From NCBI GenBank assembly GCA_050084985.1, contig JBITNC010000002.1, forward strand, positions 39,618,001 through 39,682,000: DNA of 64,000 bases, read 5' to 3'. The translations under genes and the position numbers were made by a program. The stretch's first letter is position 1. Each line of letters begins with the position of its first letter. This document shows positions 50,609 to 64,000 of this stretch, piece after piece. The DNA is from Nageia nagi (lineage: Eukaryota > Plantae > Pinophyta). The notes under the pieces were generated by a model. The model made no database searches and had not been told where the DNA came from. It was given only the letters and a program-made list of their open reading frames with translations.

Positions 50609-52781
50609 GAATGAGACTTTGACTCTAATGGTCATGACTTGCTAAAAAGTTGGGTCCTCAAAATTGGCAATTTTGGGGCATGTTGTGTTTAAGCACAACA
50701 GGTTGCAAGAGAAATATCAATCTTCACATCTATAGAGTTTATGCATGCATAACTGCTCTAATTTCTGAAATCAACACCAGGGAATCATTATTTTTAAACT
50801 CTAGGTTGAAAAGTTTCAATTGCGATTGGATGAATTCCAATTTTGAATAGGAGTCATACATGTCTTTCAACTTTTTCAAAGCATTCCAAGCATCATCAAT
50901 GGAGTTAATGTGGCAATTAATCTCCTCACTAATCGAAGTAGCAATCAAAGCATATGTCTTACTATTTTTCATGTTCCAAACTGCAAGCTCTTTGGCATCT
51001 GTTGGTTTGGTTGGTTGAATATCACCATCACAAATTCCAACCCAAAAATCATTGAAAATCAAGTATGGTTCATTTTTCTAGACCACTCCAACCAATTTCT
51101 TTTACCGGTCAACATAACACCAACAATGCTCACAAAGGAATGCAGTTTTCACAAGTCTTAAAAACTCAATTGTATTCACAAAATTCTTCATAGAACTTAT
51201 TTGCCCGATAAAATACCTTTGCAAAACACCAAGAAGGCTCACACTATTCTCAATTTGTAGTCTTCAAAATTTTGGATTCAGAGGAAAAAGAATTGTCCAA
51301 ATCGGAGCAAAATCATGTATTTTATGACAAAAATACACTTTGAAATTTTTCATTATTTTTTTTAAAGGCCCAATTTTATTAAAATGAAATTTTTAATTTT
51401 TAAAATTTTAATTATGGGCAGTCAAGAGGTTTTCCTGGTCAAAGAGCAAGTGATGGAAGGCCACATGGGTAGCGCAGGTCCACATCACAGGAATCCACGA
51501 AGAACTGACTAAACTAGGCGGTGGGCGTGTACTAGGCACGTGAGGTGGCTAGGCACACGACTTAGAAAGAAGACATGGGTCAACTGGTCACACTCGTCCA
51601 CACTACAAAGAAGGCGTGCATTGGAGTCATAGTAGCCACTACACGATGGTGATGTTAGGTAGTATGCATGATCAACCTCCACATCAGTAAACAACAGGTA
51701 GAGTATTTGGAATGTACTTTGCAACCTTCATCTCAATCCACATCAACGCCAAATAGAATCGAGAGCAGCATAATACAAACTATGTGCGTAGAGTACCAAA
51801 ATGTTGGCCAAGCAAACTCAAGAACAATAATGAATCTTAGGAAGAACACGAAGACTAGTGCATGCAAGGTCATCCAACGAGTAATGCACTCCAATACATG
51901 GGGTCTACCAACATTGGTCTGACTTCACGCACCATTGGACAGGTTCATGAGTAACATATCGAAGTCTGCCAAAATAGTGTAAACAGATGAAAACTCTACG
52001 TAGTTCAAAGACTTCAAATTTTGATTTTTTATACAAATGGGAACCAAAAAATATGTTCCAATATATGAAACTAATCGGCTCGAGAATGGGTACCCGAATA
52101 GGGTCTCAAATTTTGATTTGGAGAATTAGTTTTTAAAAAAAAAATGAAGGCCAAGGATTTTGGAAAAATGTTGGCAATGTTTTGTTATGTTTTTCATGGA
52201 GTTAGTAGAAAAATTTGAATGTGGCTCTGATACCAATGACAAACCATTCATTAACTCCAAGATCAAAAGCTAATTTCCATATTGTGAATATGAATAAATA
52301 AAAGCTCAAAATGACTCTATGGATTCACTTGCAAGGGTGACCTTTGAGTTGCACATGGACTGTTCATTATCTATTCCTTATGACTCCTAATATTCCATTA
52401 AACTCCTACATTGAAATTTCCTAAATATAGTAAATATTTCTACTATTTTACAAATACCATATTCCCTAAAAGTTATGTGTCTAACATTATGAAACTTCCT
52501 ACGAACAAGAAAATGGTGGAATCCAAGTAGTTGTACAAGACCAAATACAATAATGATGGTAGCATACTAGACTTGTGCCTAAGGAATTTACTCAAAGTCA
52601 TGGGATTGATTATGAAGAGACTTTTGCACCTCTAGCAATGCAAGAGACATCAAAATGGCATGGAATGTCAATCAATTGGATGTAAAAAGTGCCTACTTGA
52701 ATGGGTATTTAGAAGAAGAAATATATATACAACAATCTTAAGGTTTATAGTTTGAAGAAAAAGAAGATTGTATATACCAAT

Positions 52782-53264
52782 CATAGAATAAAAAGACAGT
52801 TGTTTTAAAAATACAACCCCAAGCTAAAGACGTAAAAATGGCCAATGAACAGTCAAAATACGTTGAATACGGCAAAAATTCGTGAGTTTTCAAATTCGTA
52901 AATACAAAAAAAACGACGAAAAAACAAACAAAAAAAACCAAAAAATGGAAAAAACGAGAAAATTCGCGACAAAAAAAACTGCCAAATTTGAGGAACAAAT
53001 GGTGGGTATGGCCAAAAAATGGCAAGGGGTATATTCTTCTTTTACATTTTTTGGACATTTAAAAGGAAAATACGGAAAAAAATGGCAAATACAGGAAAAA
53101 CAGCCACGTTTTCAACCTACAATCAACATTTTTTGCCCGTTTAAATGCCTTTTTTTGCAATTAAAAACGGTATTTTTTGCATTTTTTGATGGAAAATAAA
53201 GATTTTTTCAAAAAATGGAAAAAAAGGCGATTTTTGCATTTAAACGACATTTCTTTATTCTATG
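52782..53264. mobile_element. hAT-type MITE (483 bp) inserted in copia 3 RT
   Basis: Perfect 11-bp TIR catagaataaa; 8-bp TSD ATACCAAT (52774-52781, 53265-53272). Confidence 0.9.
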
Positions 53265-55517
53265 ATACCAATTGAAGAAGGCTTTGTACAGCCTCACAAG
53301 CACCAAGAACATGGTATGCCTACATAGATACACTTTTCAAGAAAATGGATTCAAGAAAAGCAAGAGTGAGCCTATCTTGATCTTCTTATATGTTTATATG
53401 TAGATGACCTTATATACATCGGTAGTAGTTCAAAGGTGACAACACGAATGTAATTCAATTAGCAAAAATCCCTATTCATCCTAGTTGGTTCAAACATTTT
53501 GATTTGAGTTTTCACTTTATCATGGCCATGGTTCAAAAACAAGAAGAAAAATTGCTTAAGGTAAAAACAGGGATTGAAGGGCCTATACCCTTATTCCATA
53601 TGAAAGAAGGCTAGCCCAATAATACTTAACTAGAAACTAACAACGAGCCTAAAGAAATAAATTATTTAAAACAAGTGAAAAAAAGCAACTAAAAATGCTA
53701 CAATTCTTGCTTCTAAAAGAAACCAAGATATTCTTGAATTGGGCCATCTTCAAATGATTAAACCTTTCCATTCCGTTTAAGTTGGATTCCTTTTTCTCAA
53801 TAAGAATTAAATCAGAAGGGAAAATATTAGGAGAAATCCATCTCTTATTCTCTTCTCTTAAAGCACCCCAATTTGCCAACCAGTCAGCGCTATGTTTCTT
53901 TCTCTTAGAACATGGCTTACATCATATTCTTCAAAGAATTCTAACATTTGTAAAGTGTCTTAAATAGTGCTAGTCACCTTCCAACTTAAATTAAGTTTGC
54001 CTCTCACGCAATTAGTTATATTGAGATGTTCCTAAAGTATTATAGTACTTAGGATTAGTTTGTTCATGTGTTTACGAAAGGTTTTACGTAAGTACAGTTC
54101 TTAACTCTTTGAGATAGTTTTGTGAGTCCTCTCAACATCAAGGAAGAGAATGTTGAAATGTTTATGCTAATGGAGGATGGAGACAAATTTCAAGTTCTCG
54201 CTTTCCCATGTTCTATCTTTCATAAGTGTCAACCTAATTCCTCACTTTTAAACAATGGATTTTTCTGTTCCGAAACAGATAGAAAAGGGCTTAAGACTAA
54301 GTCATAAAAAGAATCAATTCTTAGCAGTCTAATAAAACAAAAGTCCTAAAACCAAATATAACTATCATCTACAGTTGGTTGGTGGCCTATGTGCCATATG
54401 TTCTCTATGTTTTGATGATAAGGTAGTAAAAAGAGAAAGCATACCTTAATAAAAATGAATTTTTTTGAAACAGACGAGATTTTTCTTTGGATTTCCTAAC
54501 AAATTTGCCTTACTTTAAATATTCACTTTGTTTTGAAAATAATAATTAATTTGAGGAAAGTAAATCAAAATTACACTATTTGCTCTCCTTTACAAAGAAA
54601 GGCAAAGTGTTTTTGACTGTTAGAAAAAAAGACAAAACCAAACCTTTACTCAAAATAACAGTTTCAGAACTGTAACTCGACTCCCGTTGATTGTGAGATT
54701 TTATATCTATATAATGGCGATACTTTAGGGTATAGAAATGTTACACATTTTCCCATATTCACATCTTCATCATGATAATCATTTCTTGTTATTTTGTACA
54801 TTATCCAAGTATTATTCCTGAGAATTGTTCATCTTTGTGCAGATCTTCTTGTCGGTCCTTGCTATTAGAGTGGTCTTTTGGAGTTCTCTATTATTCTAAT
54901 TGACTTTTATAGCAGTGTTACTGATATTATGGGAAAGTGTGCTGAATTATATCAATATCTCAGAAACAGAAGTGTTCCAAATAATTTCATACCGCATGGT
55001 CATGGAAGGTGGTAAAAAATAAGGAAATTATATGTGAATCAAAAGAACATGCATTTACAACCATCAAGAAGGCAGGGGTGGCAAAGAATCACGCCAAACA
55101 TAGGCTGGCTGATGCTGCGTTGTGTAGGGATGGCTTTGTACCACCACAAAAGAAAATGTTTTTCATGGTTACATTGGCATGCAACATACTCATAGTAACC
55201 TAATGACTAGAACTCATGTGAATGACCTGAAAGTCTAACTATTCTTGTAGATGTTACTTGGTTGCAGTATGTGCAGCTTATGTGCAATACAAATTATATA
55301 AATCTTGTTGGAAATAAACTATGCTAGAGAGTATTTGTCACTTTACCTGCCTCTTATGTTAATTTAAAAGAAAGAAAGTTAAGTGACTGTCAAAAGAAAC
55401 ATTAATGCTCAGAAACAACAGAAAAAAATAATCTCAGATACTGACACACTTGTTTGAAAGTACAAAACACTTCAATTGATTAGAAAATTTGGAAAAGAAT
55501 CAGATTTTCATACTCAC

Positions 55518-55751
55518 AATAATTGTTCAATAGCCCCATTTTCTCGAAGAGTTTCTCTTCCACAAGATGTTGTTGCCAGATCCATAAGAGCATTGCAAGC
55601 AAACCTAGAAAAATCATTGTTCTTCTCTACTGTCATGGCCACAAGTGCACTGACAATTTGGTTATCACCAGAAACCTTTGCATTCATTTCGTATGACCAG
55701 AGCACCAGTGCCCCAAGAGTTTCCACACTCCGTAGTGAAACCTGTAGCAAG
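55518..55751 (-). CDS. Internal exon of the JmjC gene (ARM-like N-terminal region)
   Basis: LLQVSLRSVETLGALVLWSYEMN...FACNALMDLATTSCGRETLRENGAIEQL; acceptor CAG 55754-55752 and donor GTGAGT 55517 keep frame with both neighbouring exons. Confidence 0.8.
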
Positions 55752-56049
55752 CTGAACCATTAACAATTAACTTTTAATAATCAACTTTGTTGTGAATGCG
55801 TGTGATGTTACAGAGAATCAAACTTGCAGTCGCTAATAGGTCAGTACCATCTTTGGCAATATCCACGAAACTACATACCAGCTTTTGTGTTGTTTTAAAT
55901 TCATTCATAAAATAATTCACATCGTTTTCAAAATTCACAGATTATTTGTGAGTAGTGAATTATTCAGAAAAAAAGATGGAAAATATATAAGAATCGCTTT
56001 CACTGAATTATTCAGTAGTGATCATAGTAATTGTTATACCTGCTCTCTT

Positions 56050-57380
56050 CCATATATAGTTCTTGAATCTTGCATCAATAAACATCAGTCTTCTATGGTC
56101 ATCATGCAGAAGCTTGTGACTTGACAGGGAATTCAACCCCCTGACATTTCATGAGATGATCATTTTTCCCTTATTAAGGGAGTGCTCCTCTCTTGTATAT
56201 ATCCAAGTTGATTGTGTACCATCTGCAATTGCTCTAACAATTTCTTTCTCCAGCATTTTTCCTTTGCTTGGCCAACCCACTTTATTTTGTCTGGTGTTTT
56301 CTTTTTTTGTCACACTCCTTGTTACTCGTCCCCAAGTTTGAGGCCATTGTGTCTCTTCTATCACTGTATCATCCTCATAACCAATTTGGCTATCTTCGTT
56401 CTGATCTCCCATTGGTACTTCCCCAAGGCAGACATTGCATTGACACTTTCCTTGCTCACTGATCTTTTCTTGGATTTCACATCTTGCCATGCATTATTTC
56501 TAGGCAGCCTCTTTTCTTGGTCTTCTAGGACAATGTTGAGACTAGGCACATCATCTACCATGTGAGTTTCATTATCTTCTATTTTTTTTCCTGCATCATT
56601 CCTTTTTTGTTGTCAGACTTCTCCTTTTCACTCCGGGTGATGTTGCCTCCTACCTCTCCGTTAGGGATAATTTCTCCTTCCTAAAGATTTGATTGGTTTA
56701 TGATGTTACCAATAATTTTCTCTTCCTGTATTTGCTTTGGACGCCACTCGTTTTGAACTGTGTCTGCTACTATCACCTTAGAAAGGCAAGATCTCACATT
56801 ATGGCCCACTTGAGCCCTAAGCAATTATTATTTTCATTTGCAATTCTTGAACCCACTCACCCAATTCTAATTCTAGCATCATTGTAGTAGGTACATTGAC
56901 TCCAAATTCTACCATTACGCAGAATCTGGCCACCAAGAATCGAGACCGAGCCTTTGTGGCTTGGTCTACTACAAGTCACCTCTTGAAGGATACTGCAATT
57001 CCTTCAAAAACTTTTTGATGCCAAAACTCAGACAGAAGATGTGGAAGGGTAACCCAAATTGGTGTTGGATTGAATCTGGATCATTTGCATTACTAAATGA
57101 AAACATGATATAATCATTAAGCATTGCAATGACATCAAGGTTGCCCTTGATTGTCTATTTCAGTTTTGACCATCTCCAAATTGCATCAATATTTGGGCAA
57201 GCTCCAAGAATCCTTCCAACCAGCCTCTTGCGAACTCCCTCTTCTGCGTGATCAATGACGGATCATGGTATTATGAGACATATCTTCTCACCAATCTTCT
57301 CTAGTTCGAGAGGGGGTCCACTGTCAACTGTAGCCTCTTGTGTGAAGAGGCCCCGCCAAGATCACTTAGGTGTCTCCATT
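56050..57380 (-). mobile_element. L1-type LINE relic: decayed ORF1 and start of ORF2 endonuclease
   Basis: PIWVTLPHLLSEFWHQKVFEGIA (plant L1 ORF1 motif) at ~56990-57063; MIIS*NVRGLN (APE N-terminus) starting at 56163. Confidence 0.75.
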
Positions 57381-57419
57381 ATTAGGTTTGGCATTAGGCT
57401 AACAGTAGATCTTGATGAT

Positions 57420-57625
57420 AACCATAGCATTCCGAATGAACTTCAGTCAGATAGGGCAAAGTGCCAGCTCTCGAGAGATAGAAGCAATAACCGTAGAATT
57501 CCAAATTAACTTCAGTAAGATAGGGCAAAGTACCAGCTCTCAAGGGATAGAAGCGATAACCGTAGCATTCCAAATGAACTTCAGTCAGATAGGGCAAAGT
57601 GCTGGCTCTTGAGGGATAGAAGCGA
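57420..57625. repeat. 69-bp tandem repeat (3 units) upstream of LINE ORF1
   Basis: Units at 57420, 57489 and 57558 (aacc.tag.attcc.aat.aacttcagt.agatagggcaaagt...). Confidence 0.85.
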
Positions 57626-58277
57626 ATAGGCTAATAGCGAAAAGGTGGCAAGAAGGGTAGCAGAAAGTGTGCTCTATTAATAGAAATTATTTTTACATCA
57701 AATGCAGTTTAAGCAGATGAGCTCAATTCAATAAGCACTTTCAGAGATAAAAGGTTTCTGCACAAACTCTATAAGAGATATATGTAAAGAAACTTAAGGC
57801 TAAAAGCTGCACAGAATCTATGGACCAAGAATCTTCTAATACGGATAGCAGCACTAACAGAAGGATCATGGGAATGGAATGGAAGGCAGAGCAAAAAGAG
57901 GTCCACCCACAACTTTTGAAAGGAGATGATGTTGAGATGGAGCAAAATACAATGCCTAATATCATAAGCCAAACTGTGAATCTATGGACCAAGAGGGACA
58001 TGACGCGGTTGATAAATACTGTGGACTGAGAATAACAAATAGGGAGGATAAACAATAAGGTAAAAGGCTATCAAGCAGAAACAAAGGTCAAGTACCACTT
58101 AATTCAGGATGCAATCAGGAGAGACAATTACAATCCAAAAAAATGCAAGCCGCACCCTCGGCTGCAAAGAGCTAGATGCTGGAGTTGAATAACTCATTCG
58201 TGCTTCCTTACTCATGGCCATGATTGCTGGCCTTTTAATTCACCACAGTAAAAGATTTTCAAAACCTTTTTAAAAGT

Positions 58278-59480
58278 TGTTACCCAAATGCCAATCATAA
58301 AATATGTTTTCTTAACCATGCACCCAATCTTTTCCTTGTTTTTGGGATGATTTTTTAAATTTTTCAAGTCTCTAGCATTTTAAATTGTGACCCCTGGTAA
58401 AAAAAAAGATATTAAAAATTTGTTATTTTTAAATTAGAATATAAATACAAAAAAATCTGTTACCAAAATGCCAATCTAAAAATATGTTTTCATAACCATG
58501 TACCCAATCTTTTCCTTGTTTTTGGAGTGATTCTTTAAATTTCTTAAGTCCAGCATTTTCAACTGTGACCCCCAGAAGCAACCTGATGCAAATAGTTGTC
58601 GACTGCAGCAAAATTTGGGTTGGAACAGGCTTTGTGTGGCAACCCAGTATAATGAAAAAGATACAAGTTTCCCTCCACCCTTCTACAGACATAGATTGCA
58701 GAACTGGATCGCTTGGAGTCTGAGAAGCGGTCTTCTTGATTGCAGGCAGATAACAATATCATGACGTTAATTGTGCTTAACATTAATAATGATCATAAAC
58801 CTACTTTCTATATGAGACAGGACTCCTTTGTTGGAATATTTATAATTTCCCATGGATTGCAGCAGATAGGGGTGCATGGTGCCGGGGAAGGCATTAATGT
58901 TGTTGGGAAAATGGTCTCATCACACACTTGCCGGAAACCTCAATGCTTCAGAGGGCTGCAATCAAATTGGGATCGGAGGATGCTTCAAACGAGTATCAGG
59001 CAAAGGTATCTCTCAACCAGGACCCTGTTTGGAAATCCATCGAGAAGATTGACTCTAACCATCCTGCTACAATCAAAGAAATTGAAGAGAATATGGCTGC
59101 ACAAGTACTCTCGATCCTGGGAAAAGAAAATTATAGTCACAAAAGTGACAAAAATGATGAAACATCTGGAAACGGTTATGATATTTTGATATCTTGTAAG
59201 CCATGTATACCTACCTAAGTAACGGTTGTGGTACTATGTAAATGCTAATCTTGTAAACAGGTTTTAGGACCTTGTCTTAAATAAACCCTTTTTTACCATT
59301 ACAAAAAAAATTGTGACTCCAGAAAACAAAGATGTTAAAAAAATTGTTATTTTTAAATTATAATATTAATACAAAAAAAGCTGTTACCAAAATGCCAATT
59401 ATAAAATATGTTTTCTTCACCAAGCACCCAATCTTTTCCTTGTTTTTGAGATTATTTTTTAATCTACTAAGTCTAGCATT
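58278..59480. repeat. ~180-bp AT-rich tandem repeat (3 units) interrupted by an insertion
   Basis: tgttacc.aaatgccaat...cccaatcttttccttgtttttg at 58278, 58458 and 59382. Confidence 0.75.
58578..59310 (+). mobile_element. Probable 5'-truncated retroposed (LINE-like) insert with A-tail
   Basis: Ends aataaa...acaaaaaaaa; flanked by the imperfect duplication tgtgac(cc/t)ccagaa; no clear protein motif. Confidence 0.45.
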
Positions 59481-61097
59481 TTTTATTGCCATTGAAGATT
59501 TTTTTCAAATTTTCAATATATATTAAGCCTGTAAAATATGGATTTTTTGGTGCTTACATTAAATTCACAGATTTGGGCAAAAACTACTATGCTAATGAAT
59601 TCATGAATGGCAACGTGTTGATATAGTTTATCTTCATCAATAAAGTGTTTCTCGATGGTATAAGCACAAAAAAATCCAATCCTCTGACTTGTATGCAAGC
59701 AAATTCAACCTATTGGAAAGCTAAAGTGCTTTTTTACCAGGGAATACTAAACCTTTTTATCCAGAAATACATAGTATAGTGATTTGTGTCCCTCAAGAAA
59801 GCTCAATACAAATATTACTTCATTGTTGAATAGTTCATTGTTGAATAACTTGCCCTATTTCTTTACCCAATTTTGGGGGCAAAAATTCACAATCACATGC
59901 TAGAGATTGCAAGTGGCTCTTAAGTCAGGACTATGAATTGAATAAAGGAATATTATTTCATCACTCAACATGTTGAAGGAAGAGCAATGCAATTTGGGAA
60001 TTCAACTCATGCCAATGCTGGCAGCCGTGTTCTTGAACACCTGAATGGAATGGTCAAAACGTGTGGTAATGCCTAGATTTGAGCACTACTACTGTTGTCT
60101 TAGGAATATACAAATATGATTAGAATGAAACTTGTATCAGGGCTTATCAAATGCCACTTATATTTTCTTATGTTTTCATTTATTTTGTAGTAATCATTTA
60201 TGTCAATGGTGTTATAGATACCTTAATTTGATTTTATATTTATTTAAAATCTAATTATAAATATCACAAATTATTATTAATTAAATGTTGTTTATTTAGA
60301 TATTTTCTATAATAATGGATTAATGGTCGAACTTTCCTTGTTGACAGGTACATAAAGGAGAGGAGACGCACTAGTCCACTATAAGACCTTCTCAAGACTT
60401 GATATGCAGAAAAACAACTTCATGGTGTTTATTAACGTCGCCTATCAAACTTAAGATTGGTTTACCTGAGCTTTCTTATGCACTTTGCGATCTTGCAAAC
60501 ATATTTTCTAACATCCTTTCAGGTGGTTGAAGTTGTGATCTTGATTGTACATGGCGGAAACATAAGAAGATGACCAGCAGTGGCCTATTTTGGATAGGGA
60601 AGACCATCAATGACCCCTTCTTAGGTGAATTGGTGATCCAAATTTCACCATTGGCTGTTGATGATCCTTCTCAATACAGATCCACCTTCCATTTTGCAAG
60701 CCAGGTACACCATACTGGTAAGTTCAATAATTTCGTGATTCATTTCATACTTCCTGTAGGTTTATCATTCATTTATGGTTTATGCCCTAGATATTGTTTG
60801 TCATAGCGATTATATGCATTCAGCTAAAGCAGATATTTTGGATCATAGTTTATTGATATTTATCTGTCAAATCTAATTTTAAATATCTACAAATTTGGTA
60901 AACCAACGTGTCTTACAAAAACCCTAGAATTTTAATTTTAAGGTATTGCATTTTCTGAGAAGTTTATCATTGGAAACCCTAGGTTTTGTTTTCTTTGTAG
61001 TTATCTTAATTTTCAAAAAGATTTACAAATCATATTGTTGGAAAAACATTGAAAAATTTAGGGATTTTTATTTTGTGGAATTTTGTTTTTGAAGAAA

Positions 61098-62407
61098 ACA
61101 CTAGATTTTGCAAATGTGGAGTTTGAAGTTAGCCCTTGGTATCAAGAGATCTATGAGTACGTCAAGAATAACATCATTCTCAGTAGTTTGCAAGCAATAG
61201 AAAAGATGAATGAAAAAATCAGATTGAAGCATCATACAGCCAAGTATGTTATTATAGGCAATGCTCTCTATAGAAGATCATATGAGGGACTTTGTTGAGA
61301 TGTCTTCATCATAAAGAAATAGAGACAGCTTTAGGAGAAGCTCACGAAGGCATATATGGAGGTCAATTTAATTGAAAATCAGTTTATCAAAGACTTCTTA
61401 TAATGGGGTATTATTGGCCATCCATGGAAAAATATTATTTTGATCGTGTGAACAAGTCTCTAAACTGCCAAAAGCATGCAAATTTGCAATTAACACCTTC
61501 TCAAGAGTTGAATACCATCACATCTCCTTGGCCATTCTCAATGTGGGCCATAGATCTCATTGGTGTAGTCAATCCAAACTCAAGCAACAGGCACAAATTC
61601 ATCATAACAGCAACAAAATATTACACCAAGTGGGTGGAGGCAATTCCAATGAAGTCACCAGTTTCAAGTAAGTTGATCAATTTCATTGTTGAAAATATCA
61701 TTACTAGATTTGGCATTCATTCAACAATCCTTATGGATAATGGGCCTAATCTAGCTAGAAAGTAGATGAAAAAAATTTGTAAGACATTCCACACTTAGCA
61801 AAAGTTTTCTACCCCATATTACCCTCAAGGCAATGGTTAAGTTGAAGCATCAAACAAAAACAATCTGAAATATCTTATGCCAAACAATCAAGAAAACTGA
61901 AGAAATCGGCATGTGCAACTTCCATATGCTTTATGGGCATATTGCACAAGTATCAGAACTACAATAGAGGAAACTCATTTTTCCCTTGTTTATGGTGATG
62001 AAGCAGTAATACCTTTGGAACTTGAGATCCCATCTTTGAGAGTTTCACTCAAAAGGATTATCAAAGAAGAAGATCAAAGAATAGCAACATTGCATCAGTT
62101 GGAAGCTTTAGATGAAAAGAGAATAAATGCTGTTGAAGATCTCACATCATATCAGAACAGGTTGAAAAGAGCATATGGTAAGAAAATCAAACCTAAGGAG
62201 TTTCAAGCAGAAGAGTTGGTACTTCTTGAAAATGTTTACAATACAATTGCATCTCAAGAGTTCAAAGGCAAATTTGAGCGAAATTGGATAGGCCACTATG
62301 TCATCATTGCAAATTTCGGCAAAGAAGCTTACAAATTGTCAAATATGGAAGAATAAGAACTTAAGAAGTCTTTCAACATCTGGAATTTGAAGAAATTATA
62401 TGCTTGA
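61098..62407 (+). pseudogene. Ty3/gypsy (Tat/Ogre-like) integrase fragment
   Basis: GYYWPSM, PWPFSMWAIDLIG, KWVEAIP, MDNG and LPYALWAY motifs; frameshifts and stops; collinear with the Tat INT at 10628-11900. Confidence 0.85.
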
Positions 62408-62860
62408 CACAAACAGATTATCACAAACAAGTCGTTCCCCGGAAATAATTGGGATTATTAGCTGGGCAGATGGCATCTAAAGTAATTTCAAAAACTCAGT
62501 ATGCAAGAAAAGGACGCTAGCAGTCCCTTTTCCCGAAAATAAAGACTGTCAGCGGTCCAATTTGGTATGTTTCTTAAAAAAAAAAATCAAGTTCTCCATT
62601 TAAAGTATCTTCAAGCATTCCAGTATTATCAGTTCTTTTTGTAAAATTCCAATCTCATTTACAAAAATGAAACATTTCTCAACATCAATTTCTTGTTTGA
62701 TTATTTGCAAAAATTGTCACAAGAAACAACTCAAGTAATCAATTCAAGGGCAAAGCATGCATTCTCTGTCATTGACCTTAATTTCATACTCCAAGATATG
62801 GCTAGAATAGCATCTTTGAATCATGGAACATTAAATGTAGAACCGCAAACGGTCCATTTT

Positions 62861-62940
62861 AATGATATTAGATGTTGTTTTGATTGTAATAATACTTAAG
62901 CTATTTGCAAAAATAATTCAAAACAACATCTAATATCATT
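62861..62940. repeat. Perfect 23-bp inverted repeat with 34-nt spacer
   Basis: aatgatattagatgttgttttga (62861-62883) / tcaaaacaacatctaatatcatt (62918-62940). Confidence 0.85.
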
Positions 62941-63826
62941 CAGTTGATGCCAATCAAGTGAATCATGTTACATACATACCTTACTTTAATACAAAACCTC
63001 ACAATATTAATAAGAAATTAAGATGTACAACTACTACAGAGTATATTATATGCCTTACGTTTTTCTTCTTAGAAAACATCTAGTGACACCTTGCCAGGTT
63101 AAAAGCTACTCACACCTAACAAGCGAGTAACATAATTCCTTTTCTTTAGCAATATAAAAATTCAATTCCAAGGTTTAAAACCTATTTTGCTTGAATAATT
63201 TACTATTAATGATCATAAATTTATCATGCTACATATAATACACACATTATATAAATTTATTTTTCTTATCCTATATATTGTAAAAGTAAAGTAAGTAAAC
63301 ATTTCACATCCTAAAATTTATTAATTTTTATCGATTTGTAAAGGTTTGTAAATATCACTTGAAACCTTAAATGCAAATGCCTTTACATCTCACTTGACTC
63401 CCAAACTGCTTGGACGATATTTACAGAATACAATACAACCTTAAATAAGAATAATAGATAGAGCTAGCTTATTGAAATATTAAAGAGAAAGAATATTAAT
63501 TTTAATATAATAATAAATTGCTTCGATGGTTCCATTATTGTTCCAATCGCCCCCTACTATTATTATTTAAGATTTAATTAAAGGGAAGTTTGGAAAAGCT
63601 TCTAGAAAAATTCAATCATACCCGTATGCTGTGGCATTCTGTTCTTGATCTATTCCTTTGATGGCAGTATCAATCTTTTTTGGTGAGTAGGCAGGGCAAA
63701 ACCATTCCAAATGAAATTATTTCCTCTATATGAACAAACTAGTTATTACCCTACATTCTGTAACTGCCGGGTAAGTGAATTTCGTTTCTCATACATCTGA
63801 AATTTTTAGGATTCAAAGCTACATAC

Positions 63827-64000
63827 CTACAGCGCAGAAATGCGGGCAAAGCTGGAAGAAGGCCCTGTAAGAGAACATCTTCAATGAGCGATGGATCCAA
63901 CAATGAGTTGCGCAGCATAGTGAGGATATAATTCTGCAAACTAACAGCCGTGGATTGTGCCATTGCTGTTTTAATCCGTGCAGCAGATGCCAGCAATAGG
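63827..64000 (-). CDS. Upstream exon (partial) of the JmjC gene
   Basis: Open frame LLASAARIKT...GLLPALPAFLRC ending at AG|GTATGT donor (63826), phase-compatible with exon 55518-55751; non-repetitive composition. Confidence 0.65.

Larger units (their letters stand above)
46060..50700 (-). mobile_element. Element D: solo-LTR-like element (~3.4 kb net) of the A/B/C family, inserted in copia 2 gag
   Basis: Perfect TSD GGTTG (46055-46059, 50701-50705). Minus strand starts tgttgtgcttaaacacaaca and ends ggaaagaaaaaaaccccaaca; short ORF remnants at 47278-47720. Confidence 0.82.
42814..52486 (-). mobile_element. Degraded Ty1/copia LTR retrotransposon (copia 2)
   Basis: 5' LTR 52237-52486; PBS (gctctgatacca, 52224-52235); truncated 3' LTR from 42814; TSD TTATG on both sides; gag 50739-51130 and protease/INT/RT fragments 42950-46050. 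Confidence 0.9.
42620..54954 (+). mobile_element. Highly degraded copia relic (copia 3), related to copia 1, split by copia 2
   Basis: WMKAMQKEINSINKNDTW at ~42750-42805 resumes after 52491. tctcaacatcaagg(aa)gagaa-tgttg PPT/LTR junction at 54151 is near-identical to copia 1. Outer boundaries are approximate. Confidence 0.7.

Noticed and set aside
53449-53946. Possible solo LTR (TG...CA) inside copia 3
   Set aside because: Flanks (ACGAA vs TTTGT) give no TSD and there is no second copy in the window.
60210-60910. Possible LTR upstream of the integrase fragment
   Set aside because: LTR-like composition but no partner, PBS or TSD could be established.

Overview
Plant nuclear DNA, most likely gymnosperm (inferred from the giant introns and the retrotransposon lineages). 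The only host gene is a minus-strand ARM-like + JmjC (RIOX/NO66-type cupin) gene. Three exons are visible (63827->64000, 55518-55751, 38656-40140); the introns are about 8 kb, 15 kb and more than 38 kb. The introns hold a nested stack of transposons. (1) A young, structurally complete Ty3/gypsy Tat-type LTR element (5194-17945, minus, TSD CAAAG) with an extra RNase H between protease and RT, a ~1,170-codon 3' accessory ORF, two tandem tRNA-Arg primer-binding sites, and an inverted tRNA-Arg-like motif where the polypurine tract should be. (2) Four related elements (A <1-32275, B 19126-32059, C 22237-29748, D 46060-50700), 3.4-7.5 kb net. B, C and D have TG...CA ends and 5-bp TSDs; A has only its right end in the window. 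None has a visible LTR pair or gag/pol. They carry repeat arrays and a decayed gene whose N-terminal domain (kept in A and C) is homologous to the Tat accessory ORF, so they look like giant gene-carrying solo LTRs. (3) Three degraded Ty1/copia elements, three hAT-type MITEs with 8-bp TSDs, two small related solo LTRs, L1 LINE fragments and a gypsy integrase relic. All alignments and family assignments were made by eye, without database searches.
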